Positions 43,591 to 57,606 of a stretch of DNA of 64,000 nucleotides are shown here, one piece after another. Source of the DNA: the human T2T-CHM13v2.0 reference genome, Homo sapiens; assembly GCF_009914755.1 (NCBI RefSeq), contig NC_060927.1. One strand, written 5' to 3'. The notes under the pieces are model-generated. The model was not told the origin of the DNA. It did not search any database and saw only the letters and a program-made list of their open reading frames with translations. Position 1 is the stretch's first letter, and every line of letters starts with the position of its first letter. The position numbers were made by a program, and so were the translations under genes.

Positions 43591-45414
43591 GTAATAGTAA
43601 AGTAACAAATTATATTATAATATTTTAAATCAGTTAAATCAATTTGAGAATACAATTCAAAAATAATTTCCAGACCCAAAGCACACTAAAATTAAAAAAT
43701 GCATGAATAAAATAAATAACAATATTATTACCCAGCCCTGCTCAGTTCTTCTAATAATGTTAAGTACCAAGTAATAAAACTGTAATTTTTTTTAGAATCC
43801 AGTAACACTTACTGACTTAAAGCACAGATTTCTTAAGTATCTTTTCATTATTTTTTATTGGCATGATGAATTATAAAATAAATTTTATGCGATGGTAGTT
43901 ATTACATCATCTGTGTTCCTTTCTTGAAAATAAAAATATCTGTTTCTAGTATAGGGAAATGGATTCATAGATGTATTGCTTTTCAAATTAGTAAATTTTC
44001 TGTAAGTTAAATTTATTGCTATGTCTTTGCTCTTTTAATTTCTTATTTTTAAATTGAAAATAGGAATAAAATACTTGCAAAATTTTTGTGGGATATTAAG
44101 TTTTATAGCCATTGACCTAAATAGAATATATTCTTTCCTGGCTTATGTTTCATAAACTGGAGATGTTAGATATCCTTCCAAAAATCATATAAGCCTCATA
44201 AAATGTATGATTTTTCTAATGCGATAGTTTACAATTTGAAGATTCTTAGACCATTGTTTAGATTTGGTAACAATTTGTTTGCCAGAAAATAGTCTCTCTT
44301 AAAATAATACCGAAATCTTCAATTATGTAGCTGTTCCTAATTTATATTAGACCTGGAATTCTGGCAAAAATCAAGTAGCGTCTCTATAGATTTATTTTCA
44401 CTCTTTAAAGAAAATGGAAACTTGGTGGTCCACAAAGCACACCATGGTAAAATGTTCAAACTACATTTAAAAGATTAGGACTGTTTATTCATCTTAGCTA
44501 GAATTTAAAATCATGTTAATAGCAGGGTTTGACTCTTTTTTTATTAGTTTGGTTATTGCTGAATTAGTCTAATATTATTGATCTAATGATTGATCAAATA
44601 AAACAATATAGTAAATAATTAATTTATCAGAAATTAAGATGTCTTAAAATACCAAATCACTTTAAACATTTTTAAATAAACTTTTGGGAACTGGTAATAG
44701 TCAAACATAATTTTTAATTGATACTTAACGTTTTCTTAATGGTTTATTCAATAACCAGAAATTTAAAAGTAAAATGCCAAGGACAATTTGTCATTGACCT
44801 CTTTTAGCAAATATTTACAAAGAAAAAAAGACACTGTGATTAAAATTTTGAATGTGTGAAACGATAAGTCAGTGAGTCAGTGCCTTGGCTTCCCTTAGTA
44901 AGGATTAAACATCTTAATTAAAAATAATCTTTTATCTCATCCAAAGTTAAGTCCAACTAACTTTTTGAAAGCAGTTAAGTATCACAAGCTTTTAAGAAAG
45001 GAGCCAGAACATTAAAGGAAATAGAGTATTAGTTCAGCAATATTTATCTAAGGCCACCTAGAACCACTTTGTGTGAAATAATTCATGATTTAACCTAGAT
45101 GTGGATTTCCAGATTTTCTAGTGATTTCAAATCTCTTTTAAGGAATAGAACAAAATCTTATTTGAAATCCTAATATGCAAAGTAGTTTAAAGTCGTGGAG
45201 CTTCACTGTGTCAGTTTGTGTCAGCCTGTTTAATTCTCCATCCCAGAGAACTGTACAAATTCTAGGATTTTCCTGAACATCGTTTGAAAATCATGGCATC
45301 CCGTCTTTTGATGAAAACATTAAAGAAACAGAGTTAAATAATAGTAGATTTAGGAATAGAACTCTGTTCTCCAACTTCATTCTCATTCTTTCTATTAGAT
45401 TTTTAAGCTTAAGT

Positions 45415-45635
45415 CAGCAGTACAATATAAATGATTATAAGTATGATTTCAGAATTGAATATATCTGAGTTTAATACCGGTTTCACTACCAACTGTTGCT
45501 AAGAGCAAGTTTAAAACTCTAAGTCTCATCTTCTTCATTTTTATGAGGATTAAATGAGATGGCTTATGTGAAGGACTCACCATAGCACCCTTCCATACTA
45601 AGTGCTCACTAAGTATTAGCTATTATTACTATTAC
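45415..45635 (+). mobile_element. MIR (MIRb-like)
   Basis: Core TGAGGATTAAATGAGAT and end AAGTGCTCACTAAGTATTAGCTATTATTA. Confidence 0.75.
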
Positions 45636-46704
45636 TTCAAAGTTTAGCACACTGTTGTTGGCTGCTAAAATGTCAAAGTTACGCAGATGTTAAAATAATT
45701 AAAAAGAGAGGAATGGGGAAGTTTGAGTACTATATAGACTAAAACAAAATTAAACATCTTTTTTATACAAAAGAATGTAAAAAATGGGAATAAACAAAAG
45801 GCAAAAGAAGGGAACTAGAATTTAAAAATTTAAATAAATAGGGATATTGATAATTTAACAACCAAAACAGGGACTGATCAAGTCCCAGGGATCCCACCAT
45901 TTGATACTAGCTGGAAATCTTAACCTTTCCAGAGTTTATTTCTTATCCTCTTTATATGTACTGAAACCTCCACCCACCCCTGCCTGTGTAGTTATCAATA
46001 ATCAGGATAGGGAGAAATGTCTCTCTCATTTGGTTTAACTACAGAGAGGTGACTGTATCCTGTACGGAAGTTGTTCTTGACCCATTGCTCAAATCCTGAC
46101 CACTGGTGTTACCAGTAGCATAATACAATGGTGCCGACAGTTTTTCAAAAGGGTTTGGTTTACTCTGATGAAGAGTGATCCCTGAAAATGGAACCAGGTT
46201 CTGGACTCGAAAAGTCAAGATTTTCTCAGTTCCTTTACCGAGATTCAGGCTGTGATAGACACATCCTGCTAGACATCAGGGCAATCCTTTTACACAAAGG
46301 GCCTCATGTATCACAGCTTTTGGAGATTGCTAAATTACCAAATCACTATGGAGTTCACAAACACTACTATTTCCCAGGGCATAAAATGAACTTGGGAGGG
46401 TCTGAAGGAGAGTAATGTGAGGTATTTGCTCCATTCGAAACACTATTCAGCTGTCTTTCTCTCTAATTCAATGCCATGTTTAGCACACTGATTTTGTTTT
46501 TCTCTGTGTTTGTGGTTACTTAATCTTTAATGTTCCATGGCCTTTTCCTACCAATGGCTTTGGCCAGGACCACCCAACCACCCATTTATCATGAATCACT
46601 CTCATGCTAAATCCTAGGGAAATGGCGTCAAAGAAGATTGGTTATTTTCTTCCCAGAAGACTTCTACACTTATAATGCAAATTCACAGAATACCCCCTTG
46701 TCAA

Positions 46705-46820
46705 TATTATCAATTTAAAGCTCCCCAGGGCAGAGGCCTGCTTCCTACACATCTCACATACCTAACAGGGGTCTGCCATATTTGCAAAAGTGGGATCTCA
46801 CTATTACTGAACAAAATGCC
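46705..46820 (+). mobile_element. L2 3' end fragment
   Basis: AAGCTCCCCAGGGCAGAGGCCTG...CCTAACAG motif. Confidence 0.45.
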
Positions 46821-47539
46821 CTGGATACCTTTTTACCAGAGCATTTTCAGCATCAGGCTGTACCTTTACAATATGTATCCATGTATAAAAATGGACAGAC
46901 TCACATATAAGGGAATACAAGAAAGGAATAATTGTGACTCAATGTTAATGATTTCAAGGGAGAAAGTGACAACTAATCAGAGGTTTGATAATTTTGCTGG
47001 TTTCATCAAGTAAAAGATGCAGTTACCCCCAAAAAAAAAAGTAAGGAGTGATTGCACTTAGTTGGAAATCAACAAAATTGTTAATTATTTCAGAAAATTG
47101 TAATACAAACAGTAACACTGCTTGGGGTATTAGATTTGTTAGTACAAAACAATCAAAACAAAACCTGTGTGAACCTATGTGCTTCACTCAAGGTGATTCT
47201 ATATGTAGGTGCAAACAATGGACTCTTTCACTATGTCTTCTAATGAAGTCTTGTCAAAACATTTAGATTGAAATATATATTGTTTTATTAAAAATTAATA
47301 TTGTATATTGATTAGCTTACAATCATGGTATAATATCGGTATTTTGGAAATTACGTACGTAAGTTACATTATGTATGATTTTCATTTTAGGGTAGTAAAA
47401 AGGGAGTTATAAAATATTTGTTATAAAAAAAGATTCTGACTGAGATTTTTTTTATAGGCATAGGCTGAGAACTACCATACCAAAGGAACCCAGATATAGT
47501 TACTGTTAACAGATTTTTAAAAATTATTAAAGGTTCTTT

Positions 47540-47958
47540 TTTTCCTACTGTAAAAATTATCACAAACTGAGTAGCTTAAAACAGTAGAAATTTACTCTCT
47601 CACAGTTCTAGATAATGGAAGTCTACAATCAATCAATGGAGGGCCAGGCTCCCTCAGAAACCTCTGGGGGAGAATCATTCTTTCTCTCTCCCAGCTTCTG
47701 GTAACCTTGGACATTTCTGGGCTTGTGGCAGCCTAACTCCAATCTCTGCCCTGTCTTCGCATGGCAATCTCCCCTCTGACCCTCTTTGACTTCTATTCTT
47801 AAAAGGACACCAGTCAGATTACATTAAGGCCCACTTTAATATCTTCATCATAACCTGATTACATCCACAAAACCCCATTTCCAAATAGTCACAATCACAG
47901 GTGCTAGAGGTTAGGATTTCAGCATACCTCTTTGCGGAGACACGATTCAATCCATAAT
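47540..47958 (-). mobile_element. MLT1C solo LTR
   Basis: GCTTAAAACAGTAGAAATTTACTCTCTCACAGTTCT...AAGGACACCAGTCA...GATTCAATCCATAA. Confidence 0.85.
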
Positions 47959-48819
47959 GGGCTTATTGTAAAAATATATATAGAGAGAAAGTATAGAATA
48001 TTTTCAAGTACATTTAGTTATAAATAAAACTTGAACATAATTTTTATTATAGTATTTTGCTATTTAATTAGAAGTGAAATGTAGACAAACATTTTAAAGT
48101 AAAAATTAGATAAATAGGTTCAAGCTCTTACTACACACAGCCAAATTGCTTTGCAGAAAGTTTATGCTGTGTTTGCTCTCTTTAGTAGTATAATTTTATG
48201 TCAAATCATAGGTCCTCCAGAATTGTGCATAGCCTTGGTGTACCTATCTAATGAAGTCTGGGGCTTCTATATATTTATTTGTTTACTTACAGTATTAATA
48301 GAAGTAAATGCTAGTACTGGCAAATGGCATGTTAAGATAAAATAAACCAAACTACTTCTCATTTGTAGATGATGGTTCTAATGAAATAAATGTTTTATTA
48401 TTAAAGTTTGAACCAAGCTTTTTACTGGCATATCACTTGCTGTTACCAATACAAGCAAATAAGAACTCTAGAGAATTCTATAGGCAGGGTGTGCAAAATT
48501 ATGCTGGAAACGAAAAATTTAAACATAAACAAATATTTATTTATTTAATATTTATTCAGTATGTATTTCCTTACTCAATATTACAAATTTAGTAAAGTTC
48601 TTTACTAAATTAAAATAAAAATTCATTTTAAGACCAATATGTCACTTTTCTTCCTGAGAATGCTATTCAATTAAAACTGAGACATCAAAGTTCTTATACA
48701 CAAAGAGTTTCATTATGCAACCTCATTATGAGGTCTAAATTACTGGATATATGAATATATTTAAAGTAAACTATGGATACTACCAATACAATCTTGCAAA
48801 GACAACAATTCACTATGTT

Positions 48820-49055
48820 TTAAATTTTGGCTCCCTAGAAATCAAGCTTGAAGCACAGCCCACATGCAAATGCTTTATTAGGATGAAGAGTACAGTCACA
48901 GAGCAACAAAATAAGGATAAATGGGGTAAAAAAGAGAAAAAGTGGGAAAATAAATACAAGATTGTGTATTGCAGAGATGGCCATGACTTCATAGACTACA
49001 CGGTTGGCTATGTATCCACATGAGATGTTTCTGGAGAGTTGGTATGAAGCCACAG
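48820..49055 (-). mobile_element. Possible LTR33-like (ERVL) fragment, interrupted by THE1A
   Basis: TGCAAATGCTTTATT and AATACAAGATTGTGTATTG motifs. The sequence appears to continue after 51318. Confidence 0.4.
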
Positions 49056-51313
49056 TGATATGGTTTGGCTCTGTGTCCAACCAAATCTCAACTTAAATTG
49101 TACCTCCCTGAATTCCCACATGTTGTGGGAGGGACCCAGGGGAAGGTAATTGAATGATGGAGGCTGGTCTTTTCCATGCTATTCTCATGACAGTGAATAA
49201 GTATCACGAGATCTAATGGGTTTATCAGGGGTTTCCACTTTTGCTTCTTCCTCATTTTTCTCTTGCCGCCACCATGTAAGAAGTGCTTCTCATTTCTCAC
49301 CATGATTCTGAGGCCTCCCCAGCCATGTGGAACTATAAGTCCAATTAAACCTCTTTTTCTTCGCAGTCTTGGGTATTCTTTATCAGCAACGTGAAAACAG
49401 ACTAACACAGTAAATTGGTAACAGTAGAGTGGGGTGTTGCTAAAAAGATATCCAAAAATGTGGAAGTGACTTTGGAATTAGGTAAAAGGCAGAGGTTGGA
49501 ACAGTTTGGAGGGCTCAGAAGAAGATAGGAGAATGTGGGAAAGTTTGGAACCTCCTAGAGATTTGTTGAATGGCTTTGACAAAAATGCTGATCATGATAT
49601 AAATAATAAGGTCCAGGCTGAGGTGGTCTCAAATGGAGATGAGGAACTTGTTGGGAACTGGAGCAAAGTTGACTATTGTTATGTTTTAGCGAAGAGACTA
49701 GCAGCATTTTGCCCCTGCCCTAGAGATTTGTGGAACTTTGAACTTGAAATAGATAATTTAGGGTACCTGGCAGAAGAAATTTCTAAGCAGCAAAGCATTC
49801 AAGAGGTGACTTGGGTGCTGTTAAAAGCATTCAATTTTAAAAGGGAAACAGAGCATGAAAGTTCAGAAAATTTGCAGTCTGACTACGTGATAGAAAAGAA
49901 AAACCCATTTTCTGGGGAGAATTCAAGCCAGATGCAGCAATTTGCATAAGTAGCAAGAAGCTTAATGTTAATCCACAAGACCATGGGGAAAATGTCTCCA
50001 GGCTATGTCAGAGACCTTCACAGAAGCCCCTCCCATCACAGGCCCAGAAGCCCAGGAGGAAAAATTGGTCTCCTGGGTCAGGCTCAGGGTCCCCATGCTG
50101 TGTGCAGCCTAGGGACTTTGTGTCCTGTGACCCAGTTGATCTAGCCATGGCTGAAAGGAGCCAACATAGAGCCTGGGCTGTGGCTTCAGAGGGTGGAAGC
50201 CCCAAGCCTTGGCAGCTTCCATGTGGTATTGAGCCTGCAGGTGCACAGAAGCCAAGAACTGAGGTTTGGGAACCTCCACCTAGATTTCAGAAGATGTATG
50301 GAAATGCCTGGATGCCCAGGCAAAAGTTGGCTGCTGGGGTGGGCCCCTCATGGAGAACTTTTGCTAGGGCAGTGCAGAAGAGAAATGTAGGGTTGGAGCC
50401 CCCACAGAGAGTCCCTACTGGGGCACTGCCTAGTGGAGCTGTGAAAAGAGGGCTATTGTCCTCCAGACCCCAGAATGGTAGACCCACTCAGAGCTTGCAT
50501 CATGCACTTGGAAAAGCAGCAAGCACTCAACACCAGCTCTTGATAGCAGCCAGGACAGAGGCTGTACCCTGCAAAGCCACTAGGGTCAATCTGCCCAAGA
50601 CCATAGGAACCCACCTTTTGTATCAGCATGACCTGGATGTAAGATCTGGAGTCAAAGGAGATCATTTTGGAGCTTTAAAATTTGACTGCCCCACTGGATT
50701 TCAGAGTTGCGTGGGCCCTGTAACCTCTTTGTTTTGGCCAATTTCTCCCATTTGGAATGGCTGTATTTACTCAAAACCTGTACCCCCATTGTATCTAAGA
50801 AGTAACTAGCTTGTTTTTGATGTTGCAGGCTCATAGGCAGAAGGGAATTGCCTTGTCTCAGATGAGACTTTGGACTGTGGACTTTGGGGGACTTTTGGGA
50901 AGACATGATTGAATTTGAAATGTGAGGACATGAGAGTTGGAGGGGCCAGGGGTGGAATGGCATGGTTTGGCTGTGTCCCCACCCAAATCTCAACTTGAAC
51001 TGTATCTCGTAGAATTCCCACATTTTGTGGAAGGGACCCAGGGGGAGGTAACTGAATCATAGGGGCCGGTCTCTCCCATGCTATTTTTGTTGTTGTGAAT
51101 AAGTCTCACAAGATCTAATGAGTTTATCAGGGGTTTCTACTTTTGCTTCTTCCTCATTTTTCTCTTGCCTGCCACCATGTAAGAAGTGTCTTTCATCTAC
51201 CACCATGATTCTGAGGCCTCCCCAGCCATGTGGAACTGTAAGTCCAATTAAACCTCTTTTTCTTCCCAGTCTCAGGTATGTCTTTATCAGCATCATGAAA
51301 ATGGACTAATTCA
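49056..51313 (+). mobile_element. Full-length THE1A provirus (5' LTR 49056-49409, 3' LTR 50958-51313)
   Basis: THE1A diagnostics CTCAACTT, GGGTTTATCAGGGGTTTC, CTGTAAGTCCAATT. Perfect TSD CACAG at 49051-49055 and 51314-51318. Confidence 0.96.
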
Positions 51314-51722
51314 CACAGCCTCTCAGAACAGGCCTTCACAGGGCAAATAAAGGGAATGAACTCATGACTGAAGACTCACTTTCTTACACCTTTCATGTGT
51401 AGACTTATTAAAGTGAATTATTTAATGATGCCACATATCTGAAATCTGCACATACCAAGAAATCTTCATGTGATGGATAGCAGAAACTACTCAGGAGGAT
51501 TAATGTATGTCTTAGGCGTCAATAAACCACCCAAAGTTGGAAATAACTTCTAGACCTGTAACTTCTGGTGATGATAAATAATAAGATAAATAATAATAAT
51601 GTAATGAAGGATGTGGCTGTGATGATCTTAAACCAAAATTAAATTTATTTTGGTTGAGCTATCAGATAGCTCAACAGACACTGGAGCACCAGGTATAAGA
51701 AAATGGGAAAGAACAAGGAAGA

Positions 51723-51848
51723 TGTGATGGTTAATTTTATGTGTCAACCTCATTGGACCATGGAGTATCCAGATATTTGAGTAAAACATTATTCTGGGTA
51801 TGTCTGTGAAGCTGTTTCTGAATGAGATTAACCTTTGAATCTGTAGAC
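51723..51848 (+). mobile_element. MLT2 (HERV-L LTR) 5' fragment
   Basis: TGTGATGGTTAATTTTATGTGTCAAC...AACATTATTCTGGGT...GAGATTAAC. Confidence 0.85.
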
Positions 51849-52249
51849 AGTTTCTTCAGGAAAAGTCTGATGCTATCCATTTTCATACTCCTTCCAGTGT
51901 GTTGTGAGAAAAGTGACCTGTTTTGCTAAATTCAGGATACTGTCTATCTAAAATATTTTCAACACCCCAAAAATGTTAGGAACTAAAAACAAATTTTAGA
52001 GAAAAGTCAAACAATATTCGCACACTCTAAAAAAAAATTCTACAAAATTAGTTAATAAGATTTTACAATATTCAGTTACCTTCCAATCCTTCAAAAGCTG
52101 AAAACAGAGTTTCCCTTTTTCTATCTGAAGAAATAATAATTGTAGACCCCTCTCTATGTGTTAGGAACAGTAGGAGGCATCCTCACCTGTGCTACGTCAT
52201 GCAACCTACACAAGCTTGAAAGGTGCACATATTGCAACTGATTAAGCCT

Positions 52250-52860
52250 CTTTAGTTTAGTGGCACATCACCTGTCTCTTTTTCCCCCTGTGAAATTTAT
52301 TTGTTAAAAAATAGAGTAGTAAGTCATTGAAATTGTTCACCATCTAGGGTTTATTGAATGCATTAAATTCATGTCCAGTTTAAATTTTCTTCATTTTTAA
52401 AATGACTACTTCAGAAGTAGGGTTCTCTTCTATTACCCAGAGACACAGATTTGGTTTGTCTCTCTTTTTGTGATGTTAACAGCGATTTGTATATGCTTGA
52501 TTCTTTCTCTCTTTACAATTTTGAAGTTAATGGGTCAGTTTGCTCACTTGGTTTAACACTGAACTATTAGTTAATATTTTAGTATCACTACATACCTACA
52601 GATCTAAGCATATCTGATGCAATGCAATCTATTCTGGTGATTATCTTTATTGATGATCTAATTGTCCCATTTGTATTTAGTGAGCGCCTCTTCATATGAA
52701 TGCTTTGGGCATAATCTCTTGCTCTCTGAAATGGTACTTTACTGTCTCATCTTGCATATTTCCTGCTCCAGCCCTAAAATCAGCCATTTATCTAAAAAAA
52801 AGCCATAGTCTCTTTTACTGGGAAATTATATTTAGGCATAATATGGACCCTTAATGGCAT
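52250..52860 (-). mobile_element. L1MC4/5-type 3'UTR fragment
   Basis: CTCATCTTGCATATTTCCTGCTCCAGCCCTAAAATCAGCCATTT motif. Confidence 0.6.
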
Positions 52861-54987
52861 TGTTTTTCATTATTATAAAATAGGTGCTGCTTCTTCGATC
52901 AGAAATTTGAGCCAGTGAAAAATTTTTGCTTTACATCAATGCTCTTGGATCAACAACCAAAGCTGTATCAAACAAATTTTCTTGTTAGGGACTTAGACAA
53001 TATCAGAGTAAAGAAGAAATATAATAAAATTCTAAAAAGCATTGTCATCGAAGAAATTGACCAACTCCCATAGACTTCTTTCCTTCTCATTTTATATTTT
53101 GTTTCCAAATTGATATAAAAACAGGTGTTTGAAAGTTTTGGAATTACCATATCCTATTTCAGGTACTATTATCTGCCATATTATGTACTGTGTCACTGGA
53201 CTTCTGCCTCCTAGCCCAGTGTCTACGCTCATGTCATAGTGCTGTGCTACACATTGACAGTAAAGAAGGGCATCTCCAAATATTCCTCACACTGGAGCTG
53301 TCTATGAATTGTATAGCTGAAAGCAGTCAGAGATCTTCTCAACAAACATAGCTTTTATGTTGGAATATCTATTTTTATTTCTAATAGATAACAGTACTTC
53401 ACAGTATTTGATGTGTTTGGTGCTTTCTGAAAGACATTGCCATATATAGTATTCTACTGCTAACTTTGGATATATTTCTAAAATTCTCAGGCAATTGAAA
53501 TACTTCAAATCTTGTAAAAAAAATAAGACTGGGAATCTGACAAGTGAGTGAAACTATTAGAAAGTTATAATTTTTACAATTATAACAAAGGTAAAACAAT
53601 GAATATAGCACACTAAATAAAGGAATAATCAATGTATCTTAAATTAGCCTTTTAGGAATAGATGTGTTATAAATAAATAAGTGAATTAATAAGAGTTTTG
53701 CTTTGTAATAATGGCATCCTTAGGTACTGGAGTTTTACCTAGCTTCAGCATCCCACCACCATCTCTGGACTCATGAAATAATTCGAGTGCTTCAGAGGGC
53801 AAAAGCTCTGGTCAAACTTCATTGAAGCCAATCGGACAGACATTATTGCTATGTGCTTTTAAAACTTTAACTGCATTCAATGTTCCACCCACAATGACTT
53901 TAGGCCAACATAACACCAAGCATATCTGGAAACTTTGGTCTGGCTCTGCCAGAGTCATACACTATTACTTGCTTCCTTCCTAATAGCTATAGCCGTACAC
54001 TTCTAAGGGCTGCATTCATATTCTTTTTTTTTTTTTTTTTAGCATTCTTGATTTTCTTGATTATCTTACTGCTAAATCCTCTAGTTCCATTAATTCTTTA
54101 GCCTTACTGTTTTATTAATTTCCATTGATTGCATATAAGTCATGCCTGTGAAGTCGTTTGCTCTCCAATAAACATTTATTTAAACTGACTAATACAAATT
54201 ATATACTTATCATGTACAAAATTTTGTTATGAAATATTTCTACATTGTGAAATGACTAAATCAATCTAATTAACATATGCATTACCTTGCATGCTTATCA
54301 GTTTTTTGAGGGGGGGTGGTGAGAACACTTAAAATCTACTTGATTAGCAGTTTTCAAGAATACAACACATTTTGTTAACTATAGGCACCATGTTGTACAA
54401 TAGGTCTTGCAAACTTATTCCTTCTATCTAACTGAAATTTTATATTCTTTATCCAACATCTCACCAACTCCCTGCCCCTCCAGCCCCAAGTAACCTGCAT
54501 TCTGCTACTTATTTACATGAGTTCCACATTTTCAAATTCCATATGTAAGGGAGATCATGAAGTATATGTCTTCCTGTGCCTGGTTTATTTTACTTAGCAT
54601 AATGGCTACCAAGGTCATTAACACTGTCACAATTGGCAGAATTTCCTTCTTTGTTATGGCTAAAGGATATTCCATTGTGTATGTATACCACCTTTATTTA
54701 TCATTCAATTGTTGTTAGACACTTAGGTTTATTCCATAGATTGGCTATTACGAATAATGCTGCAATGAACATGAAAGTGCAGGTATCTCTTTGACCTACT
54801 GACTTCATTTCCTTTGGATATATTACAGAATTGGGACTGTAGCTCTATTTTTAATTTTTTTAGAAACTTTCACACTGTATTCCATAACGGCTGTATAAAT
54901 TTATATTCCCAGCTATAGTGTGCAAAAGTTCTCTATTCTCTACATCCTATCCAAACACTTTTATTTTATTTTATTTTTTATACTAGC

Positions 54988-57606
54988 TGAAATGATTAGG
55001 CTTTGTGTCCCTACCCAAATCTCATCTTGAATTGTTGTTCCCATAATCCCTACATATCATGGGAGGGACCCAGCGGGAGGTAATCGAATCATGGGGACAG
55101 TTACCCCCATGCTGTTCTTGTGATAGTGAGTGAGTTCTCATGAGATCTGATGGTTTATAAGGGACTATTTCCCCTTTCGCTCAGCACTTCTCCTTCCTGC
55201 TGCACTGAGAAGAAGGTGCTTTTATTCCCCTTTGCCTTCTGCCATGATTGCTAGTTTCCTAAGGGCTTCCTAGCCAGGCAGAACTATGAGTCAATTAAAC
55301 CACTTTTTTTTTTTTTAATAAATTACCTAGTCTTGGGTATTTCTTCATAGCAGCTTGAGAATGGACTGATATAGTAAATTGGTAACAGGAGTAGTGAGGC
55401 GCTGTGGTAGATACCCAAAAATGTGGAAGTGGCTTTGGAACTGGGTAAGAGGCAGAGGTTGAAACAGTTTGGAGGGCTCAGAAGAAGACATGAAAATGTG
55501 AGAAAGTTTGGAACTTCCTAGAGACTTGTTAAATGGCTTTGACCAAAATGCTGAGAGTGATATGGACAATGAAGTCCAGACTGAGGTGATCTCAGATGAA
55601 GATGAGAAACTTCTTGGGAACTAGAATAAAGGTGACCCTTGCTATAGTCTAGCAAAGAGGCTGGCAGCATTTTGCCCCTGCCCTAGAGATCTGTAAAACT
55701 TTGAAATTGAGATAGATGATTTAGGATATCTGGTAGAAGAAATTTCTAAGTGGCAAAGCATTCAAGAGGAAGCAGAGCATAAACCTTGAAAAATTTGCAG
55801 CCTGGTGATGCGGTAGAAAACAAAGACCCATTTTCTAGGGAGAAATTCAAGTTGGCTGCAGAAATTTGCATAAGTAACCAGGAACCGAATGTTAATAGCC
55901 AAGACATGGGGGGAAATGTCTCCAGGGCATGTCAGAGACCTTCACACCTGCCACTCCCAACACAACCTAAAAAGGGAAAAACAATATTGTGGGTAGGGCT
56001 CAGGGCTCCCCTTCTCTGTGCAGCCTTGGGACATGGTTCTCTGAGTCCTAGCTGCTTCAGCTCCAGCTGTGGCTAAAAGGGGCAAAGTGCAGCTCTGGTC
56101 ATTGCTTCAGAGGTTGCAAGCCCCAAGTCTTGGCAGCTTACATGTGCTGTTGGGTCTGCGAGCACACAGAATTCAGGAAATAAAGTTTGGGAACCCCCAC
56201 CTAGATTTCAGAGGATGTATGGAAATGCCTGGATGTCCAGGCAGAAGTTTGTTGCAGGAGTGGCGCCCTCATGGAGAACCTCTGCTGGGGCAGTGTGGAA
56301 GGGAAATGTAGGATTGAAGACCTCACACAGAGTCCCCACTGGAGTACTGCCTAGTGGAGCTGTGAGAACAGGGCCACCATCCTCCAGCCCCCAGAATGGT
56401 AGATCCACCAACTTGCACTGTGTGCCTGAAAAAGCCACAGACACTCAATGTCAGCCTGTGGAAGCAGCCAGGAAGGGGGGCTGTACCCTGCAAAGCCACA
56501 GGGGTGGAGCATCCCATAGCTGTGGGAGCCCACCTCTTGCATCAGTGTAACCTGGATGTGAGACAGGGAGTCAAAGGAAAACATTTGGGAACTTTATGGT
56601 TTAATGGCTTCCCTATTGGATTTTGGATTTGCATGGGGCCTGTAGCCTCTTTGTTTTGGCCAATTTCTCCCATTTAGAGTTGGTGTGTTTACCCAATGCT
56701 TGTATCTCCATTTTATCTAGGAAGTAGCTAACTTGCTTTTGATTTTACAGGCTCATAGGTGGGAGGGACTTGCCTTATTTCAGATGAGACTTTGGACTTG
56801 GACTTTTTGGTTAATGCTGGAATGACCTAAGATTTTGGGGGACTGTTGGAAAGGCATGATTATGTTTTGAAATGTGAGGACATGAGATTTGGGAGGAACC
56901 GGGGGTGGAACGATATGGTTAGGCTTTGTTTCCCCACACAAATCTCATCTTGAATTGTAGTGCCCTTAATCCCCACATGTCATGAGAGGGACCCAATGGG
57001 AGTTAATTGAATCACGGGGGCAGTTACCTCCATGCTGTTCTTGTGACGGTGAATGAGTTCTCATGAGATCTGATGGTTTTTTGTCTGTTGGTTGGTTTGT
57101 TAAGACAGAGTCTTGCTCTGTCACCAGGTTGGAGTGCAGTAGTGCAATCTAGGCTCACTGCAACCTCTGTCTCCCAGGTTCATGCAATTCTCATGCTTCA
57201 GCCTCCCATGCAGCTGGGATTACAGGCACCTGCCACCACGCCTGGATAATTTTTGTATTTTCAGTAGAGATGGGGTTTACCATGTTGGCCAGGCTGGTCT
57301 TGAACTCCTGATCTCAGGTGATCCACCCATCTTGGCCTCCCAAAATGCTCAGATTAAAAACATGAGCCACTGCACCCAGTTGATCTGATGGTTTTATAAG
57401 TGGCTCTTTACACCTTTGCTCAACACTTCTCCTTCTTGCCACCCTGTGAAGAAAGTGCCTTTCTTCCTCTTTACCTACTGCCATAATTGTAAGTTTCCTT
57501 AGGCCTCCCCAGCCATGCATAACTGTGAGTCAACTAAACCTCTTTTCTTCATAAATTACCCAGCTTTGGCTATTTCTTCATAGCAGTGTGAGAATGGACT
57601 AATACA
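54988..57606 (+). mobile_element. Full-length THE1C/D provirus (5' LTR 54988-55373; 3' LTR 56911-57606, containing an Alu)
   Basis: Paired LTRs around THE1-int. TSD is degenerate (CTAGC/GCAGC). Confidence 0.93.
57081..57381 (-). mobile_element. AluSx/Sz inside the THE1 3' LTR
   Basis: 14-bp TSD GATCTGATGGTTTT at 57067-57080 and 57382-57395. Confidence 0.95.

Noticed and set aside
44862-44884. GATA and AP-1 (TGAGTCA) motif pair
   Set aside because: Short motifs expected by chance, with no supporting context.
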